A DNA stretch of 64,000 bases from Actinomycetota bacterium (GCA_018831265.1 JAHJCO010000041.1:33700-97699); one strand, 5' to 3'; positions 33,512 to 42,803 are shown, counted from the stretch's first letter. Numbers and translations: made by a program. Notes: a model not told the origin generated them from the sequence alone.

Positions 33512-35851
33512 ATGCTCCGCAAAACGATAATTGCGCTGGGGGTGGCCGTTCTCTCGGTCGCCTTCGCGCCCATGGCACTCGCCTCGAGCGGCTGGACCGG
33601 GGGGCACGACGTGGTCGGGTGCACTCAGGCCGCCACCACCTGGTACTTCGCGGAGGGGACGACCCGCACCGGGTTCAACGAGTGGGTCTGCCTGTACAAC
33701 CCCGCGGACAACGATACCAGCGCGACCTTCACCTATATGCTCGAGGACGGCAGCACCGAAGTGAAGACGTACGAGCTGCGCGCCGCGAGCCGCACCACCG
33801 TGGATGTGAACCTCGAGCTGGGGCCCGGGCACGACGTTTCGATAAAGGTCGATTCGGCAGCCCCGGTGGTCGCCGAGCGTCCCATGTATTTCCGCTATAA
33901 CGGCATGTGGACCGGTGGTCACGACGTGGTGGGGACCAACGGACCCCTGCCGGAGTGGTTCTTCGCCGAGGGCACTTGCCGTCCGGGCTTCGATCCCTAC
34001 ATCTGCATCCAGAACCCGGGCTCTGGAGACGCCGCCGTGCTCGTCACCTACATGCTGGGCGACGGCACCACGCGCGAGGAGAACCTGACCGTCGGTGCGC
34101 ACAGCCGTTCGACGGTCGTCCCCAGGCAACTGCTGGGCGAGGGCGACGACGCCGCGCACGACTTCTCCGCGCACGTGGAGACGACCAACGGCGCGCTTAT
34201 CGTGGCCGAGCGCCCGATGTACTTCAACTACAAGGGCGGCTGGAGCGGCGGGCACGACGTGGTGGGCGCGACCGCCCCATCGACCGCGTTCCACTTCGCC
34301 GAGGGGACGTGCCGCCCCGGCTTCGATCCTTACCTCTGCATCCAGAACCCGAGCGACAAGACCTCCCGCCTCCGGATCACCTACATGCTGGGTAGCGGCG
34401 CTACCCAGGCCCAGTCCCTGGCCATCAGCCCCCACTCGCGGTCAACGGTCGTCGTCAAGCAGGTGCTGGGAGAGTTCGACGACCCGGCCCACGACTTCTC
34501 TGCCAGCGTGGAGACGACCGACGGGAGCAAGGTCATCGCCGAGCGGCCGATGTACTTCAATTACAAGGGGGCCTGGACGGGCGGGCACGACGTGGTCGGG
34601 GCTACCTCTCCCGCCCAGTCGTTCTCCTTCGCCGAGGGCACCTGCCGTCCAGGCTTCGACGCCTACCTGTGCATCCAGAACCCCGGGCCCGAGACCTCCG
34701 CCATCAATATCACGTACGTGCTGGGGGACGGGACCAGCCGGCAGCAGGCGCTCGACGTCGGCCCCAACAGCCGGGCGACCGTCTTCGTCAAGGACGTGCT
34801 GGGGGAGGGCAACGACCCGGCGCACGACTTCTCCGCCACCGTCGCCACGACCAACGGCACGGAGATAATCGCCGAGCGGCCCATCTACTACGACTACTAC
34901 AGCACCGCGAAATGGTCGATGGCCGTGCTCGGGGACGTGAACCTCGGTGGCGACGTGTCGCCGACTCTGGCCGCCAACGGCTTCGGGTACGTGTGGACCG
35001 GGGTCGGCCCGTATATCTCGGAGGCGACCCTGGGATTCGCGAACCTGGAGTGCACCATGTCATACCAGGGCTCGCCGGTCCCCGGGAAGACGTTCACCTT
35101 CGAGGGCGACCCAAACGCTCTGCCCGCGATGCGTGACGCAGGGGTTGACGTCGTTTCGCAGGCCAACAACCACGCCCGGGACTACGGGGCGGTGGCACTG
35201 CTGGACTGCCTGGGTTACCTGGACGGGTTCGGCATCGCTCACTGCGGCGCGGGGGCCGACTACGAGAGTGCACACGTCCCCGCGTACCTCGACGCCGAAG
35301 GACTGCGCGTGGCATTCCTGGCGTACGACGACATCGGTACCGCGGGATGGTACGCCGACGCCGGCTACCCGGGGGTCTGCGACGCGACCGATACGGGCAG
35401 GCTCATCGCCGACGTCCAGGCGGCGAGCCTCAACGCCGACTTCGTGGTGGTCTCCTTCCACTGGGGCAACGAGAAGGAGTACACCCCGACGGCGCGCCAG
35501 GCGAACCTCGCGCGGCTGTCAATTGACTGCGGCGCGGACATCGTGCTTGGCCATCACCCGCACGTGGTGCAGGGGATGGAGATATACAACGGCGGACTGA
35601 TCTGCTATTCGCTGGGCAACTTTGTGTTCAACCCTGGCAGCGACGCCGGGCACTACACGATACTGACCCGGATATCACTCGACTCGCGTGGGTTCCTGCA
35701 GGCCGAGTCGCACCCGGTCCACATAGACAGCTGCCGACCGACCATCATGGGGGGCGAGGCCGGGGCCGCCTGGATTAACCAGGTGGCGGCCATAGTGCAG
35801 GGGCTGGGGACACCCGCCCGGGTGCAGGACAACGTGATGTACGTACCGTGA
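33512..35851 (+). CDS. secreted protein: 4 tandem 'WYFAEG...QNP...ERPMY' modules + C-terminal CapA/PGA_cap-like metallophosphoesterase domain
   Basis: Signal peptide, then four ~110-aa modules, then LGNFVFNPGSD...HWGNEKEYTPT...VLGHHPHVVQG, typical of CapA-family domains. Confidence 0.85.
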   Translation: MLRKTIIALGVAVLSVAFAPMALASSGWTGGHDVVGCTQAATTWYFAEGTTRTGFNEWVCLYNPADNDTSATFTYMLEDGSTEVKTYELRAASRTTVDVNLELGPGHDVSIKVDSAAPVVAERPMYFRYNGMWTGGHDVVGTNGPLPEWFFAEGTCRPGFDPYICIQNPGSGDAAVLVTYMLGDGTTREENLTVGAHSRSTVVPRQLLGEGDDAAHDFSAHVETTNGALIVAERPMYFNYKGGWSGGHDVVGATAPSTAFHFAEGTCRPGFDPYLCIQNPSDKTSRLRITYMLGSGATQAQSLAISPHSRSTVVVKQVLGEFDDPAHDFSASVETTDGSKVIAERPMYFNYKGAWTGGHDVVGATSPAQSFSFAEGTCRPGFDAYLCIQNPGPETSAINITYVLGDGTSRQQALDVGPNSRATVFVKDVLGEGNDPAHDFSATVATTNGTEIIAERPIYYDYYSTAKWSMAVLGDVNLGGDVSPTLAANGFGYVWTGVGPYISEATLGFANLECTMSYQGSPVPGKTFTFEGDPNALPAMRDAGVDVVSQANNHARDYGAVALLDCLGYLDGFGIAHCGAGADYESAHVPAYLDAEGLRVAFLAYDDIGTAGWYADAGYPGVCDATDTGRLIADVQAASLNADFVVVSFHWGNEKEYTPTARQANLARLSIDCGADIVLGHHPHVVQGMEIYNGGLICYSLGNFVFNPGSDAGHYTILTRISLDSRGFLQAESHPVHIDSCRPTIMGGEAGAAWINQVAAIVQGLGTPARVQDNVMYVP

Positions 35852-35867
35852 GACCCCCTCACCCCTA

Positions 35868-35893
35868 CCCTCTTCCCCCAGGGGAGAGGGGGA
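35868..35893. terminator. G/C-run hairpin CCCTCTTCCCCC-AGG-GGAGAGGGGG
   Basis: 17 nt after the CapA-fusion stop; same hairpin family as 10029 and 15509. Confidence 0.45.
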
Positions 35894-35915
35894 AAGGAAG
35901 CCGGGACTTCTACGG

Positions 35916-37037
35916 ATGAGCGGAATGATGCCCAACCCGGAGACGGTCGAGATCCAGACCGCGGACGGGGTCACGCTGCGGTGCCGGCGATACAGGAAGC
36001 CCGGCGCCAGGGCGGTCGTCTGCGGCCACGGGCTGGCCTCCAGTGCCTACGCCTTCGACCTCCCGCTGTACGGGTTCAACATCGCGAGGGTGCTCTACGG
36101 CCTGGGGTACGAGGTCTGGCTGGTGAACTTCCGCGGCGCGGGGCACCCGCCCTGGCGAAGCGACGACGGAGGTTGGGGCGGGGCCGGCGACGAGCTGGGA
36201 GTCTTCGACCTGCCCGCGGTCATCGAGCATGTGTACCGGGAGACCGGCCGGCCGGTCTTCTACACGGGACACTCGTTCGGAGGTATGTCCATCTACGTCT
36301 ACCTGCAGGGAGCGGCGATGGAGCCCGGTGACCCCGAGCGCAAGGTCCACCGCGATCCCGCCGAGGCGAGAAGGCGCAACCGGATGGTCGCGGGCGCGCT
36401 GACCGTCGGGAGCATGTCGGTCCTGGTGGACGACCCCCGGCCCCCGCTGCTGGAGCGTATAAGCAGGTTTCCGCGCGTCAGGAGAGTGTTGAAGCGTTTC
36501 GAGGACTGGCTGATCAGGCGCGCGTTTCGAAAGCCCGGCCTGGCGATCGGCAGGATGTCCCGCCGGCTCGGGTTCCGGCATCCACTGCTGGCCGGTCTCG
36601 TAATGTCCAGCCCGTTCCTGGACCTGTACATGGTCTCGCGCAACATGGGGTTCGAGGCGTGCAGGCTGTTCGGGATATGGGCGGGCGGTGACGTCGCTGT
36701 CCGCGAGGTGGCACAGACGGTCCGGGACATCAGGACCGGTGAGTTCTCCTCCTACGCGCCCGAGGGCCACGAGCCCTTCGACTACGGCGCCGGCATGGGA
36801 GAGATAACCACCCCGCTGGTCGCAGCCGCGGGTACCGAGGACTTCATCCGACCGTTACACGTGAAGGGCGGGGTCATCGACCGGATCTCCTCGGAGCGCA
36901 AACGGTTCATAGAGATGAAGGGGTACGGGCACGTGGACATGCTCTATCACCTGCCGTATGCCGAGATTATGGCATTCCTGGAGGAGGGTGCCGGGCAACA
37001 GGACGCCCCCACCCCCACCGACGGCGAAGAAGGTTAG
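35916..37037 (+). CDS. alpha/beta-fold hydrolase
   Basis: Nucleophile elbow YTGHSFGG and an HGxxSS-type oxyanion region; 373 aa. Confidence 0.8.
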   Translation: MSGMMPNPETVEIQTADGVTLRCRRYRKPGARAVVCGHGLASSAYAFDLPLYGFNIARVLYGLGYEVWLVNFRGAGHPPWRSDDGGWGGAGDELGVFDLPAVIEHVYRETGRPVFYTGHSFGGMSIYVYLQGAAMEPGDPERKVHRDPAEARRRNRMVAGALTVGSMSVLVDDPRPPLLERISRFPRVRRVLKRFEDWLIRRAFRKPGLAIGRMSRRLGFRHPLLAGLVMSSPFLDLYMVSRNMGFEACRLFGIWAGGDVAVREVAQTVRDIRTGEFSSYAPEGHEPFDYGAGMGEITTPLVAAAGTEDFIRPLHVKGGVIDRISSERKRFIEMKGYGHVDMLYHLPYAEIMAFLEEGAGQQDAPTPTDGEEG

Positions 37038-37044
37038 GGGAAGG

Positions 37045-38028
37045 ATGGATATCCTCGTCTGCCCGGCCTGTCGCGGAGAGCTGGCCGATACCTGTGATGC
37101 CGGGTCGTACGCCTGCATCTCCTGCGGCCGTTCGTACCCCGTGTTCGAGGGACACGCCAGCTTCGTCGCCGCGGACGAGATGGGGGAGTTCGCCCGCTGG
37201 CAGATGGACATCTACGACGGGAACCGTCCCGACCTCGCACCGCCCGACTACTCGGACCTCGAGCGGGTTCGCTCTCACAACGAGGGCTCGGTGGAGGTCA
37301 CGCGGGCCTGCGGGGCGCTCTCCCCGAACTGGAAGGGGATGAAGTCCCGCGAGGTCGTGGACCGTCTCGGGCCGCAACCGGGCGAGCTGGTACTGGACGT
37401 CGGGTGCGGGCTCGGTACCCTCCTGGACACCATGGCCGCCGCCTACGGCACCATGGGGGTCGGCATCGACCTGGGACACGCGGGCCTCAAGGCCGCTATC
37501 GCCTGCAACACCTCCGGGCACGGCTTCCACGAGGCTGACGCCCTGAACCTGCCGTTCCGCGACGGCGCCTTCGACCTCGTGGTGTCCTACGACGTGATTG
37601 AGCACGTGGACGATCCGGCCAGGTTCGTCTCCGAGATGGCCCGCGCCCTCCGCCCGGGCGGCAGGCTACTCGTCTACACCCCGTCCGCGCGTGACCGCTG
37701 GACCTGGCACTGGTGGGAGCGCCTCCTGCTCCGCGGGCGTTACAACCTCGGGATGGACAACCTGGCGGGCCACGACCCGGACAGGTTCCTCGAGCCTGGA
37801 AGGCTGGCCGCGCTACTCGAGGAAGCGGGCCTGGAGCGCGTCGGCACCGAGTCGTTCCACTCGCTGTTCACGCTCATATTTGACGAGGTCTATCCCGGGT
37901 TCTTCTACCGGGTGTTGAGGCGCGCGAGGTTCGTCCGGCCCGTATTCAGGATGCTCGAGAACGCGGATTCTCCGCTGAGCTCGTGGGGCTACGGAAACGG
38001 GTTCTTCGCCTGGGGGTGGAAGTCGTGA
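37045..38028 (+). CDS. class I SAM-dependent methyltransferase with N-terminal Trm112-like zinc ribbon
   Basis: MDILVCPACRG...CISCGRSYPVFEGH zinc ribbon and VLDVGCGLGTLL SAM motif. Start ATG 37045 with GGGGAAGG upstream; the ORF-table start at 36958 overlaps the previous gene. Confidence 0.85.
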   Translation: MDILVCPACRGELADTCDAGSYACISCGRSYPVFEGHASFVAADEMGEFARWQMDIYDGNRPDLAPPDYSDLERVRSHNEGSVEVTRACGALSPNWKGMKSREVVDRLGPQPGELVLDVGCGLGTLLDTMAAAYGTMGVGIDLGHAGLKAAIACNTSGHGFHEADALNLPFRDGAFDLVVSYDVIEHVDDPARFVSEMARALRPGGRLLVYTPSARDRWTWHWWERLLLRGRYNLGMDNLAGHDPDRFLEPGRLAALLEEAGLERVGTESFHSLFTLIFDEVYPGFFYRVLRRARFVRPVFRMLENADSPLSSWGYGNGFFAWGWKS

Positions 38029-38035
38029 TGCCGCT

Positions 38036-38242
38036 ATGAGCCTGCTCGGTCGACTCGTGAATCTGTCGCGAGACCTGGTACGCTGGCGCGACCTGGACTA
38101 TACGTCCAAACAGGTGTTGCTACGGAAGCTCTTCAGCATCCCATTCCTGGCGATGCTGCCGGTGATGCTTATCGCCGGGTTACTCCTGCGGCTCGTCAGA
38201 GGCCGGCTCGACGAAGCACTCGGCCAGCGGTATCTCGCATAG
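38036..38242 (+). CDS. possible small membrane protein (68 aa)
   Basis: ATG lies 4 nt after the methyltransferase stop and there is one predicted TM helix, but it overlaps the 3' end of the convergent gamma-CA gene by ~60 nt. Weak call. Confidence 0.25.
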   Translation: MSLLGRLVNLSRDLVRWRDLDYTSKQVLLRKLFSIPFLAMLPVMLIAGLLLRLVRGRLDEALGQRYLA

Positions 38243-38749
38243 ACCCTCGTAGCAGCGGCCGGGGAGCGTCTGGTACAGGCGGGTGCCGTACCAGGTGGCT
38301 TGAGCCATCGGCTCACCGACCTCCCTGACCACGCGCGCGGGGACGCCCACGACCAGCGACCCGGGTGGTATCTCGGTGCCGGGCAGGACGACCGCCCCGG
38401 CCCCTATCACCGACCCTTCGCCGACTACCGACCTGTCCTGCACTATCGCTCCCATGCCCACCATGACGTGCTCCTCCAGGGTGCAGTTGTGCAGGATCGC
38501 CCCGTGCCCCACGTGCGAGTTCTCGGCGAGCCTCATTACCGCCCCGAACCCCGCGTGGATGACCACGTTCTCCTGTATGTTGGAGCCGTCGCCCACGATC
38601 AGCTCGCCCCAGTCGGCGCGCAGGCAGGCCCCGGCCGAGACCAGGCAGTTCTCGCCTATGGTCACGCTCCCGATCAACACGGCGGTATCGTGGATGAAGG
38701 AAGTCCTGCCCACACGGGGCCTGCGGCCCTCGAACTCGTACAGCGCCAT
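38180..38749 (-). CDS. gamma-class carbonic anhydrase family / hexapeptide-repeat (LbH) protein
   Basis: Hexapeptide repeats and conserved His ligands (...VIHAGFG...SHVGHGAILHNCTL...), CaiE/PaaY/YrdA-like. Confidence 0.85.
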   Translation of the reverse strand: MALYEFEGRRPRVGRTSFIHDTAVLIGSVTIGENCLVSAGACLRADWGELIVGDGSNIQENVVIHAGFGAVMRLAENSHVGHGAILHNCTLEEHVMVGMGAIVQDRSVVGEGSVIGAGAVVLPGTEIPPGSLVVGVPARVVREVGEPMAQATWYGTRLYQTLPGRCYEGLCEIPLAECFVEPASDEPQE

Positions 38750-38775
38750 CTGAACTCCTCCGGTCTGAACGGTCT

Positions 38776-38804
38776 ATGAAAGAATACCTCAAACCATTTC
38801 TTGC
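38776..38804. repeat. degenerate copy of the GAAAGAAWACCTCAGACCATTTCTTTC element
   Basis: ATGAAAGAATACCTCAAACCATTTCTTGC, located in the promoter region shared by the gamma-CA and MerR genes. Confidence 0.5.
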
Positions 38805-38920
38805 ACGGACGCAACCGGGGCCGATCCGTATTAGAATCGCATGCGAAAAAACTCGGGCGAACACCTTGACTCTCCCCCCGGGGGAGGGCCGAAGATGGCG
38901 GCGGGAAGGGAGGTGAGACG

Positions 38921-39739
38921 GTGGACGGGCTGTTCAGCATAGGGGAGTTCTCCAGGATGTCCTGGCTGACCGTGAAGGCGCTGCGCCTGTACGACGAGGA
39001 AGGGATACTCAGGCCTGGCTTCGTGGACCCGGCGACGGGGTACCGGTACTACAGCAGCACGCAGCTGCCCGAGGCCAGGACCATTCGGATGTTGCGCTCG
39101 CTGGACATGCCGCTGGAGGAGGTCCGCGAGTTCCTCAAGGAGACGTCCCCGGGCGCCAGGACGAAGCTCCTGGAGGGACACCGGGAACAGCTCGAGAACA
39201 GGCTGGAGTCGTACCGCGCCATCATCTCATCGATAGACGACCTAACCGAGAGGAAAGGAGACGCCATGGAAAGGGAAGTGGAGGTAAAGGACCTCGCGAA
39301 CCTGCCGGTACTGTCCATCAGGTTCAAGACCTCGATGGCCGGGATAGGCGATGCAGTGGGGGTCGCCTTCGGCAAGATATTCGGGTTCCTGGGGCAGACG
39401 GGCACGCCGCCAGCGGGGCCGCCGTTCGCCCTGTACTACGACATGGAGATGAAAGAAGAGGACATCGACATGGAGATCTGCGTGCCGGTTTCCGGAGAGA
39501 TGGAAGGCGCGGGCGAGGTCGTGGGTCGCGTGGTCCCGGGCGGTGCCGCGGTCTCCACCATGCACGCGGGACCCTACGACCAGGTGGGCGGCGCCTACGA
39601 GGCGCTTATGACCTGGATGAAGGATAACGGCTACGAGCCCGCCGGACCCGCCCGCGAGGTATACCTGGTGGGCCCGGACAAGGTGCAGGACCCGGCGGAG
39701 TACCGCACGGAGGTGCTCATCCCGGCAAAGAAGGCATAG
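38921..39739 (+). CDS. MerR-family transcriptional regulator with C-terminal GyrI-like effector-binding domain (BmrR/TipA type)
   Basis: N-terminal MerR HTH (FSIGEFSRMSWLTVKALRLYDEEGIL) and coiled-coil linker, then a GyrI-like domain. Confidence 0.85.
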   Translation: MDGLFSIGEFSRMSWLTVKALRLYDEEGILRPGFVDPATGYRYYSSTQLPEARTIRMLRSLDMPLEEVREFLKETSPGARTKLLEGHREQLENRLESYRAIISSIDDLTERKGDAMEREVEVKDLANLPVLSIRFKTSMAGIGDAVGVAFGKIFGFLGQTGTPPAGPPFALYYDMEMKEEDIDMEICVPVSGEMEGAGEVVGRVVPGGAAVSTMHAGPYDQVGGAYEALMTWMKDNGYEPAGPAREVYLVGPDKVQDPAEYRTEVLIPAKKA

Positions 39740-39815
39740 ACAGCGGACTCAGTGAGCATTCACCTCAACCATTATCTCTCAACTGAGAAACAATGGTTGA
39801 GGTGAATTCTCGTCG

Positions 39816-40925
39816 TCAGTCGTTGGGGACAAGGACGTAGCCGGTTCCGCCGCAGTCCTGGCAGGTCACCCAGCCGGTCCAGCCCATCTCGTCGGTCATC
39901 CACCAGCCGCCCGTGCCGCCGCAGGTGCCGCAGACGACCCAGATATCGCTGGGGTACGGAGAGGGCGCGGGCTGTGCGTTGCGCCTGGCCTCCTCGGCCG
40001 CGGCGGCCGCCGCGGCGGCCGCCTTGCGGTTGTTGCACTCGCCTATGACGAAGTTGGCGTAGAAGGCGACCGAGTCCTGTTCCCCCACGAGCTGCTCTAT
40101 CTTCGTCGCGTTCTCGAGAAGGAACGAGCACTTGTCCAGGTAGTCGGGTAGCCCCGAGGCGTCGATGGCGCTGTTGTTCAGGTCCCCGACCGCGGCAACC
40201 GCCTCGTTGGTCCGGTCGTAGGCGCGCTGCCAGGCGTCGTCCCACTCGGCCTGTCGCTGCTTCTCAGCCTCCGCCTCAGCTTCTTCCTCGGCCGCCTTGC
40301 CGCCGCCGGCCTCGGCCGTGTACTGCATCTCGTCGGAGTCACCCCGCTTGTCCGCCCCGGACTCGAGCTCCAGCCTGGCCTCGACGTCCAGCGGCTTGCC
40401 GGTGCCGGAGGTCATCGTATACTCGATGGAGTACTCCTGTTCCGAGGAGCTCGATTTGCACTTGATGCTCTTGTTGATGAGGTTGGAGCCCTCAGAATCC
40501 ACAACCTTGACGAAAAGCCTGGCCTTGCCGTCCTCGGGGAACCTGGCCGTGTAGGCCACGGTCAGCTTGAGCTCGACATCCAGCGGGACTTCGTCCAGGT
40601 CGAGCTCGTCGTCATTCGCCTTCGTCAGATCGATGGACTCCAGCTTTGCCTCGAGGGTCGGTCCACCCCCGACAACGAGCACGAGACCGACGACGGCTCC
40701 GCCCGCCACCAGGACCGAGAGGGCGGTCACGAGGACTATCATCCACGTGGGGATCCTCCTGCCGCCGGAGGAGACCCCGACCGCTGAAGGAGCAACGGCC
40801 GGCGGGACGGCGCCGCGGGCGCGCCGGACCGCGGCACCGGCGTCCACCGCGTCGAGAGGGGTCCCGCAGCTCTCGCAGAACCTGTTCCCCTCGGGGACCG
40901 TCGAGCCGCACTGTTCGCAGTACAT
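39816..40925 (-). CDS. membrane protein: N-terminal zinc ribbon, one TM helix, extracytoplasmic domain ending in CGTCGGTG...CQDCGGTGYV (DnaJ-like CxxCxGxG pair)
   Basis: MYCEQCGSTVPEGNRFCESCG, then TM IVLVTALSVLVAGGAVVGLVLVV. Start taken as the second ATG (40925) for Shine-Dalgarno spacing; the ATG at 40931 is also possible. Confidence 0.5.
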   Translation of the reverse strand: MYCEQCGSTVPEGNRFCESCGTPLDAVDAGAAVRRARGAVPPAVAPSAVGVSSGGRRIPTWMIVLVTALSVLVAGGAVVGLVLVVGGGPTLEAKLESIDLTKANDDELDLDEVPLDVELKLTVAYTARFPEDGKARLFVKVVDSEGSNLINKSIKCKSSSSEQEYSIEYTMTSGTGKPLDVEARLELESGADKRGDSDEMQYTAEAGGGKAAEEEAEAEAEKQRQAEWDDAWQRAYDRTNEAVAAVGDLNNSAIDASGLPDYLDKCSFLLENATKIEQLVGEQDSVAFYANFVIGECNNRKAAAAAAAAAEEARRNAQPAPSPYPSDIWVVCGTCGGTGGWWMTDEMGWTGWVTCQDCGGTGYVLVPND

Positions 40926-41029
40926 CCTCATCACCTCAAGCTCTTGAATCCTCCCCGTACACACAGATTATCGGTCAAACGTGCGCGGTTCCATACCTCT
41001 GAGCAAAAAGGGGTCAAACCTGAGATTTT

Positions 41030-41120
41030 GCGTTTTTTGCATCAGGACGAACCTCGACCAAGACCTCGCGCAAAAAACGCAAAATCTCAGGTTTGACCCC
41101 AATTGGGTAGAATTGGTGTC
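41030..41120. repeat. perfect 31-bp inverted repeat GGGGTCAAACCTGAGATTTTGCGTTTTTTGC ... (29-bp spacer) ... GCAAAAAACGCAAAATCTCAGGTTTGACCCC
   Basis: Read directly; lies in the divergent intergenic region 40926-41120 and ends 1 nt before the methyltransferase ATG. Confidence 0.85.
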
Positions 41121-41870
41121 ATGAGCAAGCAGGGTGAGATCGAGTACCTCGGGAATCTCGGGGACGGGGGCGCGCGGCACGCCGCCGCCAAGCCGTTCTC
41201 GGACGACTCCTGCGCGGACAACCTAATGGAGATCGGCGCCGTTATGCTCCTGCTGCCCCCACCGCCCGCGAGGCTGCTCGACCTGGGCTGCGGGTCCGGC
41301 TGGACCTCGGTCTTCTTCGCCAGGCGCGGGTACGAAGTCACCGGGGTGGATATCGCGCCGGACATGATCGAGCTGGGCAGGCGGGCCGGGGAGCGCGAGG
41401 GGCTCGACAACGTGCGCTTCGCGGTCGGGGACTACGAGAGCCTCGACGTCGGCGCGGAGTTCGACTGCGCGGTCTTCTACGATTCCCTCCACCACTCCTC
41501 CGACGAGCGAGCGGCCCTGGCCTGCGCGTACCGGTCTCTGAGGACCGGGGGCGTCTGCGTGACCAGCGAGCCGGGCAGGGGACACTCCGAGACCCTCCCG
41601 GCCAGGAACGCCGTCAGCATGTACGGCGTCACCGAGCGCGACATGGAGCCGGAGCGCATCGTCGCCGCCGGGCGGGCCGCGGGTTTCAGGTCGTACGAGA
41701 CATACCCGCACGCCAACGTGCTGGTCGCCAGCATGTTCAGGGCCCCCACCCGAAGGCTCCTGAGCAGGGTAGACACCGCTGCGGTCATGAGGACACCGCT
41801 GCGCCTGTCGCTGCTGGCCTATCGCGTGGCGCGCAAGAGGGACAGCGCGATAGTCGCGCTCGTCAAATGA
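41121..41870 (+). CDS. class I SAM-dependent methyltransferase
   Basis: LLDLGCGSGWTSVFFARRGYEVTGVDIAPDMI motif I. Start taken as ATG 41121 (MSKQGEIEY); the ORF-table TTG at 41103 lies inside the inverted repeat. Confidence 0.8.
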   Translation: MSKQGEIEYLGNLGDGGARHAAAKPFSDDSCADNLMEIGAVMLLLPPPPARLLDLGCGSGWTSVFFARRGYEVTGVDIAPDMIELGRRAGEREGLDNVRFAVGDYESLDVGAEFDCAVFYDSLHHSSDERAALACAYRSLRTGGVCVTSEPGRGHSETLPARNAVSMYGVTERDMEPERIVAAGRAAGFRSYETYPHANVLVASMFRAPTRRLLSRVDTAAVMRTPLRLSLLAYRVARKRDSAIVALVK

Positions 41871-42030
41871 CGGCCTGCGCCGTCCGTGGCGCAGAGCCCG
41901 GCCTCGTGGTGTTTATTCCGAGGTACGCATGGAGGAGTCCTCAAGTCGGCCGGGAATTTTCCGATAGCAGGTAATAACGGAACGACAGGGAGCCGTTGCC
42001 GGCCGGTCGTCTGAAAGGGGATCCGACTCG

Positions 42031-42369
42031 ATGGAAGGACAGCGGGAAGAAAAGGCGCCGCAGAAGCGCGTCGTCGTCATCACGGACCGTGAGACCGCGG
42101 ACGGCTTCCTGTTGTCCGGCACCGAGCTCAGGGCCTTTGATAATGCTGAGGAGGGCGCCAGGGAGATCGAGCGGCTCCTTCATGACACGGCCATAAAGGC
42201 GATTCTGGCCAACGAGGAATTCCTGGAAGCGCTCGACGAGAGGACGCGGCGCCTGGCCGAGGAGTCGCCCATCGTGGTGATCGAACTCCCGGCGCAGAGG
42301 GGCGGCCTGGCGATGCCGGCGCACGAGGACCTGCTGAAGATGATCAACCGCCTGAAGCCGCAGTTCTAG
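42031..42369 (+). CDS. V-type ATPase subunit F (Vma7)-like stand-alone protein
   Basis: KRVVVITDRETADGFLLSG...ILANEEFLEAL...PIVVIELP follows the ATP-synt_F pattern (...iaViGd.dtv.GFrLaG...ilit...). No other V/A-ATPase genes are nearby, so the function is unclear. Confidence 0.4.
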   Translation: MEGQREEKAPQKRVVVITDRETADGFLLSGTELRAFDNAEEGAREIERLLHDTAIKAILANEEFLEALDERTRRLAEESPIVVIELPAQRGGLAMPAHEDLLKMINRLKPQF

Positions 42370-42404
42370 AATGCCCGGGCGCGCGAAGCCCGCGGGAGGA
42401 CCGC

Positions 42405-42746
42405 TTGGAGAACCCGCAGCAAGAAGAGAACCGCTATACATGTCACGTCTGCGGCCACCAGATGGAGAGGTTCACCCGGATCTGCGAGAAGTGCGGCTCC
42501 ATCCGGCGGCCGAGCGCCGCGAGGGGAGTCGGGGAAGCCGTTGACGTTACCGGTGCCAGGGGTGCCTGCAAGAGATGCGGTGTCGCGGTCAAGAAAGGTA
42601 AGCCCTACTGCCCCGAGTGCCAGCAGTACATGGACGAGAAGGAGAGGGCCGCCAGGCAGGCCGGGAAGAAAGGCTTCTTCCGTACCATCATCGAGTTCCT
42701 CCGCTCGATCCTGAACGCGATCACGGGAAAACCCGGCGAATCCTGA
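42405..42746 (+). CDS. zinc-ribbon hypothetical protein
   Basis: Three CxxC pairs (CHVCGH...CEKCG...CKRCG...CPEC); 113 aa. Confidence 0.45.
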   Translation: MENPQQEENRYTCHVCGHQMERFTRICEKCGSIRRPSAARGVGEAVDVTGARGACKRCGVAVKKGKPYCPECQQYMDEKERAARQAGKKGFFRTIIEFLRSILNAITGKPGES

Positions 42747-42803
42747 TCAAGCGATTGAGCCCGGCCTCTCAAGCCGGGAACGTCCGACACGATTGAGCAC
42801 GGC

